Shown here: positions 26,142-40,353 of the stretch, piece by piece
Layout: the number at the start of each line of letters is the position of its first letter
Position numbering within the stretch: the first letter of the stretch is position 1
Virus record (IMG/VR): IMGVR_UViG_3300042987_002978
Coordinates: 1 to 64,000 of that record
Direction: 5' to 3' (one strand)
Origin: a virus
Length of the DNA stretch: 64,000 nt
Notes under the pieces: model-generated
What the model was told of the DNA's origin: nothing
The model's input: only the letters and a program-made list of their open reading frames with translations
Database searches by the model: none
Made by a program: the position numbers and the translations under genes

Positions 26142-27685
26142 AGTTTGATTCCCAATCTTTGCGAGAAGGCAGCCTTGGCTTCTTCTGCCATGCCAAGCCG
26201 GCGCCCTTCTGGATGGGGAACGTCGAACTCGAACTCAAGTGCCGCACGTAGAACGTCAGGCTCAATCTTTCTGGCATTCCACGCCACTGCTTGCACGCAA
26301 CCGCTTTTTGCCGTCATGAAGGTATCCACGCTCTTGAAACCGTAAAGGTGCAGTTCGGCGAACTCCGTTTCCGTGTGGTACTTCTGGACCTTGGGTTTCA
26401 ACGCGATGTCCGATAGAACTGTGCGCGGTTCGTAATCCAATGTGAAACCCCTACTGGAAGTGTCGTGGCTCTTTTTCAAGTCTCCGCGTGTGTGGTTGTA
26501 CCAGCGGTCGGATTCGGAAGACACGGCGACCGAATGGCACTTAGTGTTCTCGGAACTGAGCGCGGCGATTATCGCCATGATGTGCAGACGGTCTTGCAGG
26601 AACGGCACGCTGTTGAAAACGTGGGAGATGAAGATACTGTCCCATTCTGTTCCGTCAGCCACACGCTCCAAGAACTTGGCAGTGAGTTTGCGAGCGCCTT
26701 CGGTGTCGATGTTCTCGTTGTCTTTGCCCAAGAAGAACGGCTCGAATGCGACTGCGTCGACTCCGATACCGCAGAGAATCTCCGTCTTGTCGCACAGCCC
26801 GGCACCGAAATCGATTACGTGCGTCCCGTAGTACTTCTTCCACATCTCGACATGCTGGGGATTCTCCAACTGGAACGCCCTGACTCGATTGCCGGTGTTG
26901 ATGTAGTGGCGGACCATCTCCTCGACGAATACCGTCGACAAGGCCGTCTGGCGCTGGTTCTTGCGCCGGAAAGAGTTGTAGCGCAGCAAGTCCTCGTAAC
27001 GCTCCTGAATGTTGTAGTCCATCGTCAGAAGATTGAGCATCGCTTTTATCTGCTCGGCGTTTTCGTGCCCGACCATGACCACGTTGCAGGTATCCCATTT
27101 TTCCTGGATTGCGAAGGTGAGACGGGCAAGGCCGTTCAGGACCTTGTAGTCCGGAGTGCAGATGAGGGGGAGTTGCGGAAGGCCGTTGGACTTCAGGTAC
27201 GAGGCCATCTGAACGGCGTGGGCTTCTGGCCACCGCTCGTTGAGTTTGGCCAAACGCAGCGTGGCGACTGGCTTCTGGTTGAGAATCGGGTACCACTCCG
27301 GAGAGTCGACTGGAATGTCTGGCAGCGCCTTGATTTTGTTGATGTCTTCAATCCTGTCGAAAAGGTCGTTCTTCAGTTCCTTTGTGGAACGCGTCTTATA
27401 CATGTCGTTTGTTGCGCGGTTGTACAAGACGTTGATGCCCATGCGGCGGTCCACCTTGAACACCGGAACCCTGACGACCGGGACCATCGTCGCACCGATG
27501 CGGCCGGCGACCATGTGGCGCTGGTGGCCGCTCAGGATTTCGCCGTTCACGTCGGCGTAAATCGGCAAGAGCCACCCGAACTTGCGCAGGGACAACTCGA
27601 CCAGGTCGAGTCTTTCTGCGTCTGCTTTGCGCGGGTTGTAGGCGGACGGAGACAGGTCTCCAATCGGCGTCAGGACTGGTTTCAT
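26138..27685 (-). CDS. ParB/Srx-domain + Rossmann methyltransferase fusion (phage DNA-modification protein)
   Basis: LSPSAYNPR...SLRKFGW..PI...ILSGHQR; second ParB-like repeat (VLNGLARL); VIDFGAG and HVFNSVP. Confidence 0.75.
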   Translation of the reverse strand: MKPVLTPIGDLSPSAYNPRKADAERLDLVELSLRKFGWLLPIYADVNGEILSGHQRHMVAGRIGATMVPVVRVPVFKVDRRMGINVLYNRATNDMYKTRSTKELKNDLFDRIEDINKIKALPDIPVDSPEWYPILNQKPVATLRLAKLNERWPEAHAVQMASYLKSNGLPQLPLICTPDYKVLNGLARLTFAIQEKWDTCNVVMVGHENAEQIKAMLNLLTMDYNIQERYEDLLRYNSFRRKNQRQTALSTVFVEEMVRHYINTGNRVRAFQLENPQHVEMWKKYYGTHVIDFGAGLCDKTEILCGIGVDAVAFEPFFLGKDNENIDTEGARKLTAKFLERVADGTEWDSIFISHVFNSVPFLQDRLHIMAIIAALSSENTKCHSVAVSSESDRWYNHTRGDLKKSHDTSSRGFTLDYEPRTVLSDIALKPKVQKYHTETEFAELHLYGFKSVDTFMTAKSGCVQAVAWNARKIEPDVLRAALEFEFDVPHPEGRRLGMAEEAKAAFSQRLGIKL

Positions 27686-29001
27686 GAGTCTTGTGCTGTG
27701 CGCCTCGGGCTGCTTCTCTTGGAGTTTCTCTGGCGCGTCGCCACGTACGCATCGCTTGGTAGGCCGAGCATCGCAATCATCCCGGCGCACACTTCTTCCA
27801 GCGAATATCCAAACTCTTGGAACATCTTTTCTTCCCACTCGTCAAAATATTCGGGAGCCATCTTGAACTCCCACTTGCCGATGGTGGCCGTGACATTGCG
27901 CGGCTTGTCAGAGACCTTGGTCTGCTTTTCCTTGATGCCCCAACCTGCGACTTCCTGCATGAGTTCGTCGAGGTCGTCGCCCGTGTATCCGGTTCCTTCG
28001 AATGCTGGCAGAGTCTGTAGGACCTCCGCGAGTTCGACATGGTCGTAGGAACCCAGGTCTGCCGTGCGGTTGTCTGCCAGCACAATCTTGGCAGCGGCTT
28101 CGTCATCGACGTCGATGAACGTGGCGGCGATTTCTTTCCAGCCCAGCATCTTCGCGGCCTTCCACGTGTGGTTGCCGACAAGAATCGAGTTGTCGCGACG
28201 GTTCACGACAATCGGCCTGAACTGACCGTTTTTGGCGAGGGACTCGGAGATGAGCCCGACATCGCCCTGTCTGGCATTCATGGGGTACGGAAACACGCTG
28301 TTGATGTCCACGTTCTCGGTGGAAAGCATGACCGAATGCATCTGCTGACGGTCGATGTTTTTCTTAGGTTTTTTGTTCTTGGGCTTTTCTGGCGGAATGT
28401 AGTCGACATTCGACAGGTGAAGCCGGCGCTTGACCTCTTTCAGCGCTCCGTCATCGTCACCGTGGGCCTCGATGATTTCGTCTGCCCAGTCCCTGTAGAC
28501 ATCGTCGTCGACCATCGCCCTGTAGGTTCCTACGCAAACACGAATCTCGTCACCGACTTTGCCTGTTCTGTCGGAGTTCGGCGCAGTGAAAGCGCCTTCT
28601 CCAGATACCAGTGTCTGAAGTTGCTCCAAATCGACCGGCTTGAAGCCAGTTCCGTCAAGGGTCGGCAAAGACTCCAGGAGTTCCAACAGTTTCGTGTCGT
28701 CATAGGAAGACATGTCGGAGGTGCGGTTGTCGGCCAGCACTATTTTCTGAGCACCGTAGTCATCAACGTCTACGTAACTGACAGCGATGTGGGTCCAGCC
28801 GAGACTGCGTGCCGCTCTCCACGTGTGGTTTCCGGCAAGGATTGTCTGGTCGCGCCTGTTGACGACGATTGGCTTGTATTGCCCGTTCACCTTCAGGGAT
28901 TGGGCTATTTCATCCACGTCTCCACGCCTTGGATTCTTGGGATAAGGCTTGAGGCTGGTGATGTCAACTACTTCTGTTTCAACGCGGATATTGTCTGGCA
29001 T
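27682..29001 (-). CDS. tandem ParB/Sulfiredoxin-domain protein
   Basis: two copies of PYP.N.R.GDV..I..SL..NGQ..PIVVNRRD..IL.GNHTW.AA..LGW...LADNRT. Confidence 0.85.
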   Translation of the reverse strand: MPDNIRVETEVVDITSLKPYPKNPRRGDVDEIAQSLKVNGQYKPIVVNRRDQTILAGNHTWRAARSLGWTHIAVSYVDVDDYGAQKIVLADNRTSDMSSYDDTKLLELLESLPTLDGTGFKPVDLEQLQTLVSGEGAFTAPNSDRTGKVGDEIRVCVGTYRAMVDDDVYRDWADEIIEAHGDDDGALKEVKRRLHLSNVDYIPPEKPKNKKPKKNIDRQQMHSVMLSTENVDINSVFPYPMNARQGDVGLISESLAKNGQFRPIVVNRRDNSILVGNHTWKAAKMLGWKEIAATFIDVDDEAAAKIVLADNRTADLGSYDHVELAEVLQTLPAFEGTGYTGDDLDELMQEVAGWGIKEKQTKVSDKPRNVTATIGKWEFKMAPEYFDEWEEKMFQEFGYSLEEVCAGMIAMLGLPSDAYVATRQRNSKRSSPRRTAQDS

Positions 29002-29024
29002 GTCTGCCAGTATAGACCACGTAT

Positions 29025-29372
29025 CTACGCGCGCTTAGACAGGTTTTCTTTTATGCCCTGGATGATGTCCTGGATTCGCGCCGTTTCTTCCGGTGTTCTG
29101 GCGGGCATCAACTGTCGTTGCTCGCGCTCGCGTCGCTCTTTTTCTATCCACAAGCGCTCCTTGTGCATAGGCATGATGGCTTCTCGGAACTCTGACCACG
29201 ACGGCCAAAACTTCGAGGTGTCTTCAATGTGTTTGACTGCTCTCTTCGCGTCATCGTAGTGGAAAGGTGCCAAGTTGCCTTCCCAGCGCTTGACTTCCTC
29301 AACAAGCAATTGCTTGCCAGGAAAGCAGATGTTCAACTCTGCGATGATTGCGTCTGCCTCATCAATGTTCAT
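29025..29372 (-). CDS. putative helicase loader/inhibitor (G39P-like)
   Basis: position downstream of the initiator; KFWPSWSEF motif. Confidence 0.55.
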   Translation of the reverse strand: MNIDEADAIIAELNICFPGKQLLVEEVKRWEGNLAPFHYDDAKRAVKHIEDTSKFWPSWSEFREAIMPMHKERLWIEKERREREQRQLMPARTPEETARIQDIIQGIKENLSKRA

Positions 29373-29671
29373 GACGTGTAATGATTTCTCCAGTTGGTTG
29401 GGGAATGGGTTTTTTCGACCGATGCTTTCTGCTCGGCATCCTCGTACATTCGAATGACGTGCACGCATGGGTCGTGGCCTTCTTCCCACTGCAACTCTTC
29501 GTCTTCGGAGAATGGGATTCCGTCATGCGTGGAGCAAACAGGAGGACCACACCAGCCTTTTCTCATGCCGAACTCGACCCACTCTTCGAACGATGTTTCT
29601 GACGGCACTTGGTTTCTTCCGGCACCCAGGTAATTCTTTTCCGGGTCGTAAAAGTTTTCAGTTCCCGACAT
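29369..29671 (-). CDS. conserved actinophage hypothetical protein
   Basis: GWCGPPVCSTHDG...DPCVHVIR. Confidence 0.7.
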   Translation of the reverse strand: MSGTENFYDPEKNYLGAGRNQVPSETSFEEWVEFGMRKGWCGPPVCSTHDGIPFSEDEELQWEEGHDPCVHVIRMYEDAEQKASVEKTHSPTNWRNHYTS

Positions 29672-30338
29672 TCAATTCTCCCTTGCTTGATGATGCTGCT
29701 AACTCTCTCTGTTCGCGTGCGGCCTTGATGGCGTTCCATCCTTGCGGCACGACTCCCTTGAGGCCGTTCATTTCTACGCGCGACGGGTCGCACTCCGACC
29801 ACCTGTTCACCAGTGCGGTCGGCGTCAATGTTGCCTTAGGGAACTTGTATTTGTACGTCTGTGCTCTGGCAAAGATTTCTTCCGGAGTCGCGTCGCTGTT
29901 CTTGAGCACCTTGACCAATTTGCCGTACCGGCTTGCCTCATTTTCATTGACGTTGTCAGGGCTGACGTTGCAGGCGGTCAAGAGCGCGTCCCAAATCGGA
30001 TTACGCTCGCGTTCAGCGCGCTTTTTGGACTTTGGCTTGACCTCTTGTTTTTGCTGAATCGGTTCTTCGTCTGCATTCAGGCCCGGAATGACAATCCTGT
30101 ACAGATTGGAGGTCCCAGGACGTTGAATCACCTCTAACTCGCCCAATGCGACGAGGTCGTTAATCCTGCGCCTCACTGTGCGTTCGGTGACGTTCGCACG
30201 CCGCGCGATGACACTCACGCGAGGGAAGGCATTCTCGCCTTCCACGTTGCAGTGGTCGGCGATTACGAGCAGGATGAGCCGCTCGATGCCTTGCGCTTTT
30301 GAGTTGTCGAATACCCAATCCATTACTTTGATTGCCAT
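29658..30338 (-). CDS. HTH replication initiator
   Basis: RLILLVIADH...AFP.V..IAR...VTERTVRR.I..L...G.L; C-terminal TPTALVNRW. Confidence 0.75.
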   Translation of the reverse strand: MAIKVMDWVFDNSKAQGIERLILLVIADHCNVEGENAFPRVSVIARRANVTERTVRRRINDLVALGELEVIQRPGTSNLYRIVIPGLNADEEPIQQKQEVKPKSKKRAERERNPIWDALLTACNVSPDNVNENEASRYGKLVKVLKNSDATPEEIFARAQTYKYKFPKATLTPTALVNRWSECDPSRVEMNGLKGVVPQGWNAIKAAREQRELAASSSKGELNVGN

Positions 30339-30520
30339 TATTTCCTCACTGCCCTGTGTGCAATCCTCGAAATCGAGGCCGTAACTTCCGCATGACTGTA
30401 CCGGGTCCTGGAACTGATTGCGTGGACCGTCAGCGGTTTGTCGCTTTGCTTTAGGTACGAGGTAATCGTGGCGTCAATGATGTCCGGATGGGTCCGTGTC
30501 GGGACTCCGGATTCGCTCAT
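30338..30520 (-). CDS. small hypothetical (winged-helix-like) protein
   Basis: coupled ORF. Confidence 0.5.
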   Translation of the reverse strand: MSESGVPTRTHPDIIDATITSYLKQSDKPLTVHAISSRTRYSHAEVTASISRIAHRAVRK

Positions 30521-31059
30521 TGCTTCTTCCTGATTGAAACCCGCTCGGCCTTCTCGACCTCGCAGAAATTGTCCGGGTCCATGCCAGGCAGCATCGCTCG
30601 CAGCGCCGTGACGCGCCAGTCGCCGATTCTCGCGGCCTTGGTGACGTTCTCTACGACTGCGTCGATTATGGGTCGCGCAATCGTCGTAAGGTCGATTACC
30701 TCACCGCTGGCTGGGTCTACAACGACGGTCGATTCTTGGGAAAGCGACTTGTTGATTACCGCTTCCAATAGGGTGCCGTGTTGCCAGTTCTTGCGATTCG
30801 CAGTGAACTTGCGCTCGGCGGTCATGTCGCCAAAATCAAGGACCTTTTCGCCTTGTGCTCGCATCCATGAAGTAAGCAGAACATTGATTCTGTTCTCAAG
30901 GTCTCGCACCACTCCCTTAAGTTCGTTGAGGGAAACAAGGGCATCAAACGCTTCCGATTCACTGAACGCTTCAGCCTCGTTTTCCAAGCGTTCTACCGTT
31001 CTGGCCACGTTTTCTTTTAGTGTTGTTTCTGCTTCTTTAATTGCATCAAACATCAGCAT
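30517..31059 (-). CDS. hypothetical coiled-coil protein
   Basis: coupled ORF in the replication operon. Confidence 0.7.
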   Translation of the reverse strand: MLMFDAIKEAETTLKENVARTVERLENEAEAFSESEAFDALVSLNELKGVVRDLENRINVLLTSWMRAQGEKVLDFGDMTAERKFTANRKNWQHGTLLEAVINKSLSQESTVVVDPASGEVIDLTTIARPIIDAVVENVTKAARIGDWRVTALRAMLPGMDPDNFCEVEKAERVSIRKKQ

Positions 31060-31408
31060 TTTCTTGTCTCCATACGTTGATTTTCAATCCTGGTTGGTTT
31101 ACGTTCTCATTCGAAACGACGATTGAGTGGACAGATGCCACCCATTTCTCGCCTTTGTCCATCTTGGGCGCGAGTATCAGGGCAATCAATCGCGGGATGT
31201 GGCCGATTGTCGAACCGTTCACATCCACGCGGATTGCGTGCTCGTCATGCTCGTTGTCGGGTTCTCTTACCAACTGGCACGGCGCGGTCATGAGTGCCAC
31301 GTCTTTTGCCAGTGCGTAAATGTTGTTCGGATAATTCTCCGAAAACGAGACTCCGACCACCTTGGTCAGAAACTGTTCAGGCATCATGCCCTCTATGTAG
31401 GTTTTCAC
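31046..31408 (-). CDS. HIRAN domain protein
   Basis: VVGVSF...LVREPDNEHDEHAIRV...IGHIPR. Confidence 0.85.
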   Translation of the reverse strand: MKTYIEGMMPEQFLTKVVGVSFSENYPNNIYALAKDVALMTAPCQLVREPDNEHDEHAIRVDVNGSTIGHIPRLIALILAPKMDKGEKWVASVHSIVVSNENVNQPGLKINVWRQENADV

Positions 31409-32280
31409 TCAGCCTCAGACGCAGCCTCAAAAATCTCCACGATGCGGTCGTATTCAGCCTCGCTTACTTCGGCAGGCCAGGTCTCTGGGGCACCAAGTTC
31501 CTTGCGAACGATTTCCTGGATGTGCGGCGAGGAGAACTCGTACATCGACTTGACTGTCATGATGTCGACGTTCCCACCAGTCTTGCGACTGGCACGGATG
31601 CCTTCAAGGGTGATGATGAGAGTGTTCAACTCAGCCTTTGACATCGGCCATTGGCGGTTGTTGAGTTTGTCGTGCGATTCACGAAGCGTCTCCAACTCTT
31701 CTGGAGTGAGGTCAGAGCAGGTCTGTTTGAACAGACGATGCGCCTCGTCGCGCTCGGACTCAGAACGCCAGTCAAACATCGGCTTGACAGGCTGCTCCTT
31801 TGACTCAATCGGCAGGCTCGGCTGAGTCAGTTTCTGACCAGCAACTACCGAAGCGTGAGTCGTCTCGGCGACAGCCTTTGTTTCGGCGACCGGGGCAGCG
31901 GGAGCCGCTTTTGTCTCGACTTTCTTGGCCGTGCCGATTGCCTCGCGGAATCGCATCAGAACCTTCAGGTCGTTCATGTTGTCGGGGCTGCCAGCCTTCT
32001 TCAGCGCGCGTCCCATCGCTTTTGAGCAGAGAACGTTCCATGCATCAGTGTCGCGGCCTTTTGCATCAGACACGGACTTGTAACCGATGAACGGAGTATC
32101 GCCCTTGAAGCGCGTCACCGTAGCAATGCAGACCTTTTCGTCTTTCTTGCTGAACGACGCAGGGATTCCCGCATCAGCGGCAGTACCTTCCGTGAATTCG
32201 ACAGTGGCATCAGGCCAATCTGCCTTAAACATTGACCACCTCAGTGAGGTGGAGATGTAATCGTCAAAGTTTATGGGCAT
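31405..32280 (-). CDS. hypothetical protein, possible single-strand annealing protein
   Basis: first gene of the replication operon; SKAMGRAL resembles SSAP motifs. Confidence 0.45.
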   Translation of the reverse strand: MPINFDDYISTSLRWSMFKADWPDATVEFTEGTAADAGIPASFSKKDEKVCIATVTRFKGDTPFIGYKSVSDAKGRDTDAWNVLCSKAMGRALKKAGSPDNMNDLKVLMRFREAIGTAKKVETKAAPAAPVAETKAVAETTHASVVAGQKLTQPSLPIESKEQPVKPMFDWRSESERDEAHRLFKQTCSDLTPEELETLRESHDKLNNRQWPMSKAELNTLIITLEGIRASRKTGGNVDIMTVKSMYEFSSPHIQEIVRKELGAPETWPAEVSEAEYDRIVEIFEAASEAE

Positions 32281-32338
32281 ACGCCCTCCTAACTTATTTG
32301 TGGGTTGGTTTGATTACGACCACTATACAGGGCCGGCG

Positions 32339-32509
32339 TTACAATTCCAACTCGCCACCGTCAGCAACGTTTTGCTGCTGTTTTTGGGATTGGGGCTGGA
32401 CTCGCATTGCCTGGATTGTGGCTTTGAGTATGGCATTTTCACGGGTCAAATTGGCGATTTGCAAAGTTAGTTCACCAATTACGACATTGACATCTGGCTG
32501 TTGGTTCAT
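32339..32509 (-). CDS. small coiled-coil protein (56 aa, not in ORF track)
   Basis: MNQQPDVNVVIGELTLQIANLTRENAILKA. Confidence 0.6.
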   Translation of the reverse strand: MNQQPDVNVVIGELTLQIANLTRENAILKATIQAMRVQPQSQKQQQNVADGGELEL

Positions 32510-33483
32510 ACTCTAAGCATACACCTAGCCACGTGTCTTCTGACCGCTCTCCTGTCTTTCATATGATTAAAAATATCGATATATCTGAATTCCACATCAA
32601 CCACGGATTTGATGTCATCCTCAAACGGATACCAATAATCCGGATGTATTGTAATACCAATAAACTTAGTCCCGCGTTTGCAAAACAAGCCGTTGTAAAA
32701 TCCGGTTCCGAGTATTCCGGCGACGTGGGTAGCAGAAGCAAAAAGTCCTATTTGTTCGTCCATTGGCATGCCAGACGGCTGAATTATTGAATAGCCGTTT
32801 TCAATAAAAACACTTTCTATTTCTTCTTCAACCCAGTCCTCGTTGTAACGCAGGCGCCTTTGTTCTTTTAACCAGTCGCTGTTAACGGGATGCTCAAACT
32901 TCCATTCATCTAGTTGTTTGCTAACAACCCGACGAGATATAAAAATCTTTTCTTGCTTTTTCTCCGGGTATTTTGCCTTTTCCAAGAACATGTATCGCAA
33001 TTCATTGTTTAGGCCCGGAGTTTTCGTATAGTCCTTAAACTTGTCTTGATAGTCGGCAAGGATTTGCTGCCCATCAAACACGACGACAAGACGCTCTATT
33101 ATGTAGCAAGACTTGTTGAATGAATATACGTCTATGTTCCCAGCACAGTCTTTTTTTATGAAAGACTCTGTCCATTCGCATACGTCGCACATTTGTTGGT
33201 GTTTCGGGTATACATAAGCATAATTTTCAACCCATAGATATTTTGCCGAGTGGTCATATGTGTGTTTGTAGTGAAGAAAAGACGCAAAGTATTCTTTTAA
33301 GTAGTGAAAATAGTGCGGCGTACACGTGATTATTAAATTGGTTCCGTTGAAGCATTGAATATCATCGCTTTCGACGTTCCCAATCACAACATTTTCATAA
33401 ACCCTTATGTAATTGTTTTCGTCATCAATGATTTTGTATGAATCGTACCCAATAGGCCACTTGAACCTAGCGTGGTCATCCAT
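32506..33483 (-). CDS. glycosyltransferase family 61 (DUF563)-like
   Basis: HYFHY, KIFISR, R.NE...E..F...GY, EQI.LF..A..VAG..G.G..N.LF. Confidence 0.75.
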   Translation of the reverse strand: MDDHARFKWPIGYDSYKIIDDENNYIRVYENVVIGNVESDDIQCFNGTNLIITCTPHYFHYLKEYFASFLHYKHTYDHSAKYLWVENYAYVYPKHQQMCDVCEWTESFIKKDCAGNIDVYSFNKSCYIIERLVVVFDGQQILADYQDKFKDYTKTPGLNNELRYMFLEKAKYPEKKQEKIFISRRVVSKQLDEWKFEHPVNSDWLKEQRRLRYNEDWVEEEIESVFIENGYSIIQPSGMPMDEQIGLFASATHVAGILGTGFYNGLFCKRGTKFIGITIHPDYWYPFEDDIKSVVDVEFRYIDIFNHMKDRRAVRRHVARCMLRV

Positions 33484-34810
33484 ATTTATACCATCTGACT
33501 GCTGTTTGCTTGTTTCCTCTCAGTACGGAATTTATGCGATGGAAAAATGCATAAGTAGATGGGAAAACAATTATTTTTCCTGGCTCAGATGGTATTGATA
33601 TGCCGTGTTTTTCAAACACCATTTCGCCTCCTTCAAAATCATCATTTAACATCACGGTTACTGAAGTAATGCGGTTATAGTTTGGCGCATCATCAAAATG
33701 GTCGTGAAATTTACCTCCTTGCTCGTACCGCAAAAGAGTCCATTCGCTTGATATGAGTTCTGGGATATTGTAAGTCTCTCTATAATCACGCATTATGTCA
33801 TCCATGGCTTTATTTAGATTTACATAAAGCCGTTTTGCTGGGTCATGGGGGTGACAATCATTAACTTTTTCATTAAGTATGTATGAAAAAGAACTCCTAG
33901 CGTTAAGGTTTACGACAGGGTCTCCGTTTGGCCCAATAACGCGAGACCTTTCCCACATTTTGAATCCAACGTTTCGCGACAGACCATCAAGCACCATTGC
34001 GGACTCTTTTGAAATTGAATACTGAATTAGCCCAGGAGCAAGTGTTTGCTTGCTTTGAAATCCCATATCCATTATTTCTATATCGTCATCTACATAACGC
34101 CCGAATTGCGCGTTATATATGTTTAAAACGTTTGAATAGTCATGACACTTTCCGCAAATTGGTTGTTCAACCGGAGAATCTGGCAATGGGAAAAAACGGG
34201 CTCTGTTGAAGTATCTTACATCTCCGTCATTTCCATACTTGTGAATGTCTTGGGCATTGGTCTGTATCCAATGGTCAGGTTTGGTAAATTCAAGAAAAAG
34301 CACCGTTGTATATAAAGATGGGTCATCAGTTGGATACGGAGGCCTTGAATGCATGTTTTGCTGACCAGCAAATATGATTGCGCTATTTTCTATCTGTTTG
34401 TAACTCACTCGCTCAACACGTAAATCCCAATCAGCGTTGTTATCAATCGTTATGTCAATGGTTGATTGTGTGCCGTTCTGGTCGCAATGCTCCCAAAGCG
34501 AGGGAATGCAACCTTCGTGAATTTGATATCTGGAAACGAAAAAAAATGACTTTTGCAAAGTTGGGTCGTTGCATAATTCGCGTGCTTTTTGAGTGCAATA
34601 TGATTCAATATCGGCATCGAATGTAATTCCTGCTTCCCACCTTCCCATCATGGTGTGATATTTGTGGGGGCCAGATGGTCCCAGATTCAGTGCGGCAATG
34701 GCTGATTTGACACGCGAAAACATCTCATCGGGGAAAAAATTTGGCGACACATACGGTGAGCCAATAGTCGGCTCAGGAAGCGGAAATTCAATTACTCCGT
34801 TGCGCCGCAT
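33476..34810 (-). CDS. two-domain 2OG-Fe(II) oxygenase (prolyl-4-hydroxylase-like)
   Basis: LWEHCD...H.R; LLRY..G.KF..HFD...LNDDFEGG...FPS...FHRI. Confidence 0.8.
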   Translation of the reverse strand: MRRNGVIEFPLPEPTIGSPYVSPNFFPDEMFSRVKSAIAALNLGPSGPHKYHTMMGRWEAGITFDADIESYCTQKARELCNDPTLQKSFFFVSRYQIHEGCIPSLWEHCDQNGTQSTIDITIDNNADWDLRVERVSYKQIENSAIIFAGQQNMHSRPPYPTDDPSLYTTVLFLEFTKPDHWIQTNAQDIHKYGNDGDVRYFNRARFFPLPDSPVEQPICGKCHDYSNVLNIYNAQFGRYVDDDIEIMDMGFQSKQTLAPGLIQYSISKESAMVLDGLSRNVGFKMWERSRVIGPNGDPVVNLNARSSFSYILNEKVNDCHPHDPAKRLYVNLNKAMDDIMRDYRETYNIPELISSEWTLLRYEQGGKFHDHFDDAPNYNRITSVTVMLNDDFEGGEMVFEKHGISIPSEPGKIIVFPSTYAFFHRINSVLRGNKQTAVRWYKYG

Positions 34811-34816
34811 GGCGGG

Positions 34817-35080
34817 TTACCATTTTTCTATCGGACAAGAAGCGTTAGAAAGACGCGTTTTTAATGGCATTATGCACCCACACTCGCGACACTGCTGAGT
34901 GGCTTTTATGAACCTGTCACATTCCCTACAAATTGCCAAACGCGATTGAATCACATCTTCAGTTACGCGCAATCCTGGATTAAGAATATGCCATGGCCTA
35001 GCCTTACCATTTGCGCTTTGCGACTCTTTATATTTATCCCAATTGCTTTTAGGCTGATTCTGTGAAGGTTCCATTTGCAT
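34817..35080 (-). CDS. small Cys-rich protein (DUF6171-like)
   Basis: RLAICRECDRF...QCRECGCIMPLKTRL..ASCPIEKW. Confidence 0.75.
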   Translation of the reverse strand: MQMEPSQNQPKSNWDKYKESQSANGKARPWHILNPGLRVTEDVIQSRLAICRECDRFIKATQQCRECGCIMPLKTRLSNASCPIEKW

Positions 35081-35453
35081 ATGTCCATCCTGTGACCACT
35101 GCCGGAGTTGCTGAAGTTATTTCTGCCAATGTTGGGTTACTTGTAAGCGCTGCGGCAAGCAGTTCGTTTGATATGTGAAGTGTGTAAAGCGCAGAGCCAT
35201 TTACATGCAGTTCAATCACGGCATGACCTTCCGGAACACTGTGCGCCGAAGTTACGTCGACGATTGTCCCATCTCTAAACGCTTCCCACAAGGGCGGATA
35301 CGTCGGAAAAGTTGCGACAACCCGACCGTCTATAACCACCGCGACGGCGACACCCTTTGACGAGCCTTCTGGAAGGCCGCGACGCACAGAGGGAATCCAC
35401 TCCCATCCACAATCAGACCCCAAATACTCAAAACCAGATGTTTTCGTAATCAT
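35049..35453 (-). CDS. hypothetical fibre-accessory protein (paralogue of 60026-60367)
   Basis: VVIDGRV...ELLAAALTSNP...GWTY..GTF. Confidence 0.65.
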   Translation of the reverse strand: MITKTSGFEYLGSDCGWEWIPSVRRGLPEGSSKGVAVAVVIDGRVVATFPTYPPLWEAFRDGTIVDVTSAHSVPEGHAVIELHVNGSALYTLHISNELLAAALTSNPTLAEITSATPAVVTGWTYANGTFTESA

Positions 35454-35486
35454 ATAATCATCCTACCTTTTCGTTAATGGCTGTTC

Positions 35487-39475
<3,989 letters not shown>

Positions 39476-39476
<1 letters not shown>

Positions 39477-40348
39477 TAGTAATACGCCTTCCTATACGAG
39501 ATTGAAACAGTACCAGTTCCAGAGGTGGCGGAGAACGTTATGTCATTGGCCATCGGAAAAATTTCAAACCAAGACTGACGCGCACCGGCACGATACAACT
39601 TGGAGACGTCGTTGACCGCATTTTTCTCAAGCGTCAAGGCATCAGTATCGATAATTACCGATTGTCCAGTAGGAATCGTACCCGTGTATCCAAGTGACGA
39701 GAGACTGTCCGGATAGGTTTCGTTGGTTATCTTTGGGTTTTGAAGACTCGAAGTAGACGTGAAAGTTATAGTCATATACGTCGTGGGCGCAGTGCCAACG
39801 GCGGTGGCAGGCATCGGTACTGCAATATTCGAGCCAGAGAAGGTGGCAGAAGAAGACACCGACGTCAGCGAGAACCAACGCGGGTCAGGAAACTGGACAT
39901 CGACGCTGAACTCTGTGTAGTTAAGGTCTCGGTGGTCAGAAACCGTTATAGAACTAACGACTTCCCCATATGCGACCCTGGAAGAATACACGCCTGGGTT
40001 TGAAGGGTCAACCCTTACGTGCGTAACCGTAAGAAGTTGCGGCATTTCATTCAATAGATTGAAGACGGTGTCGTAGTTCTCGTTGAACTGTGAGCGGCGC
40101 CCTGCTTCTGTAGTTGCGACAGAACCGCTCACTGGGTCGTTGTCAGTTATCCAAATTGTCCAGGTTTCTGTCCTGGTATCGAGGCGCTTTTCGCGCCACT
40201 GTTGGCCATGAATAATTGCCGAGCCAACGTTTTCTCCTTTTTTCGCCGGTATTCCACGGTCAACCGCCGAAAGCATGTACCCGTGCGTGGCAAGTTCGAC
40301 TCCGTTGACGTCGTACCACTCAAGAACATTTGGAAGAACTGTCGCCAT
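39476..40348 (-). CDS. distal tail protein (Dit)
   Basis: directly after the tape measure; FPDPRWF, YRKAYY end. Confidence 0.8.
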
Positions 40349-40353
40349 TTACA

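Noticed and set aside
26138-29001. ParABS partition system
   Set aside because: No ParA and no ParB HTH/dimerisation domain; the context matches modification-associated ParB/Srx domains.
26465-29259. Long plus-strand ORFs (527 aa and 406 aa), also 46918-47967 and 16876-17820
   Set aside because: They are antisense shadows of well-supported minus-strand genes in GC-rich sequence.
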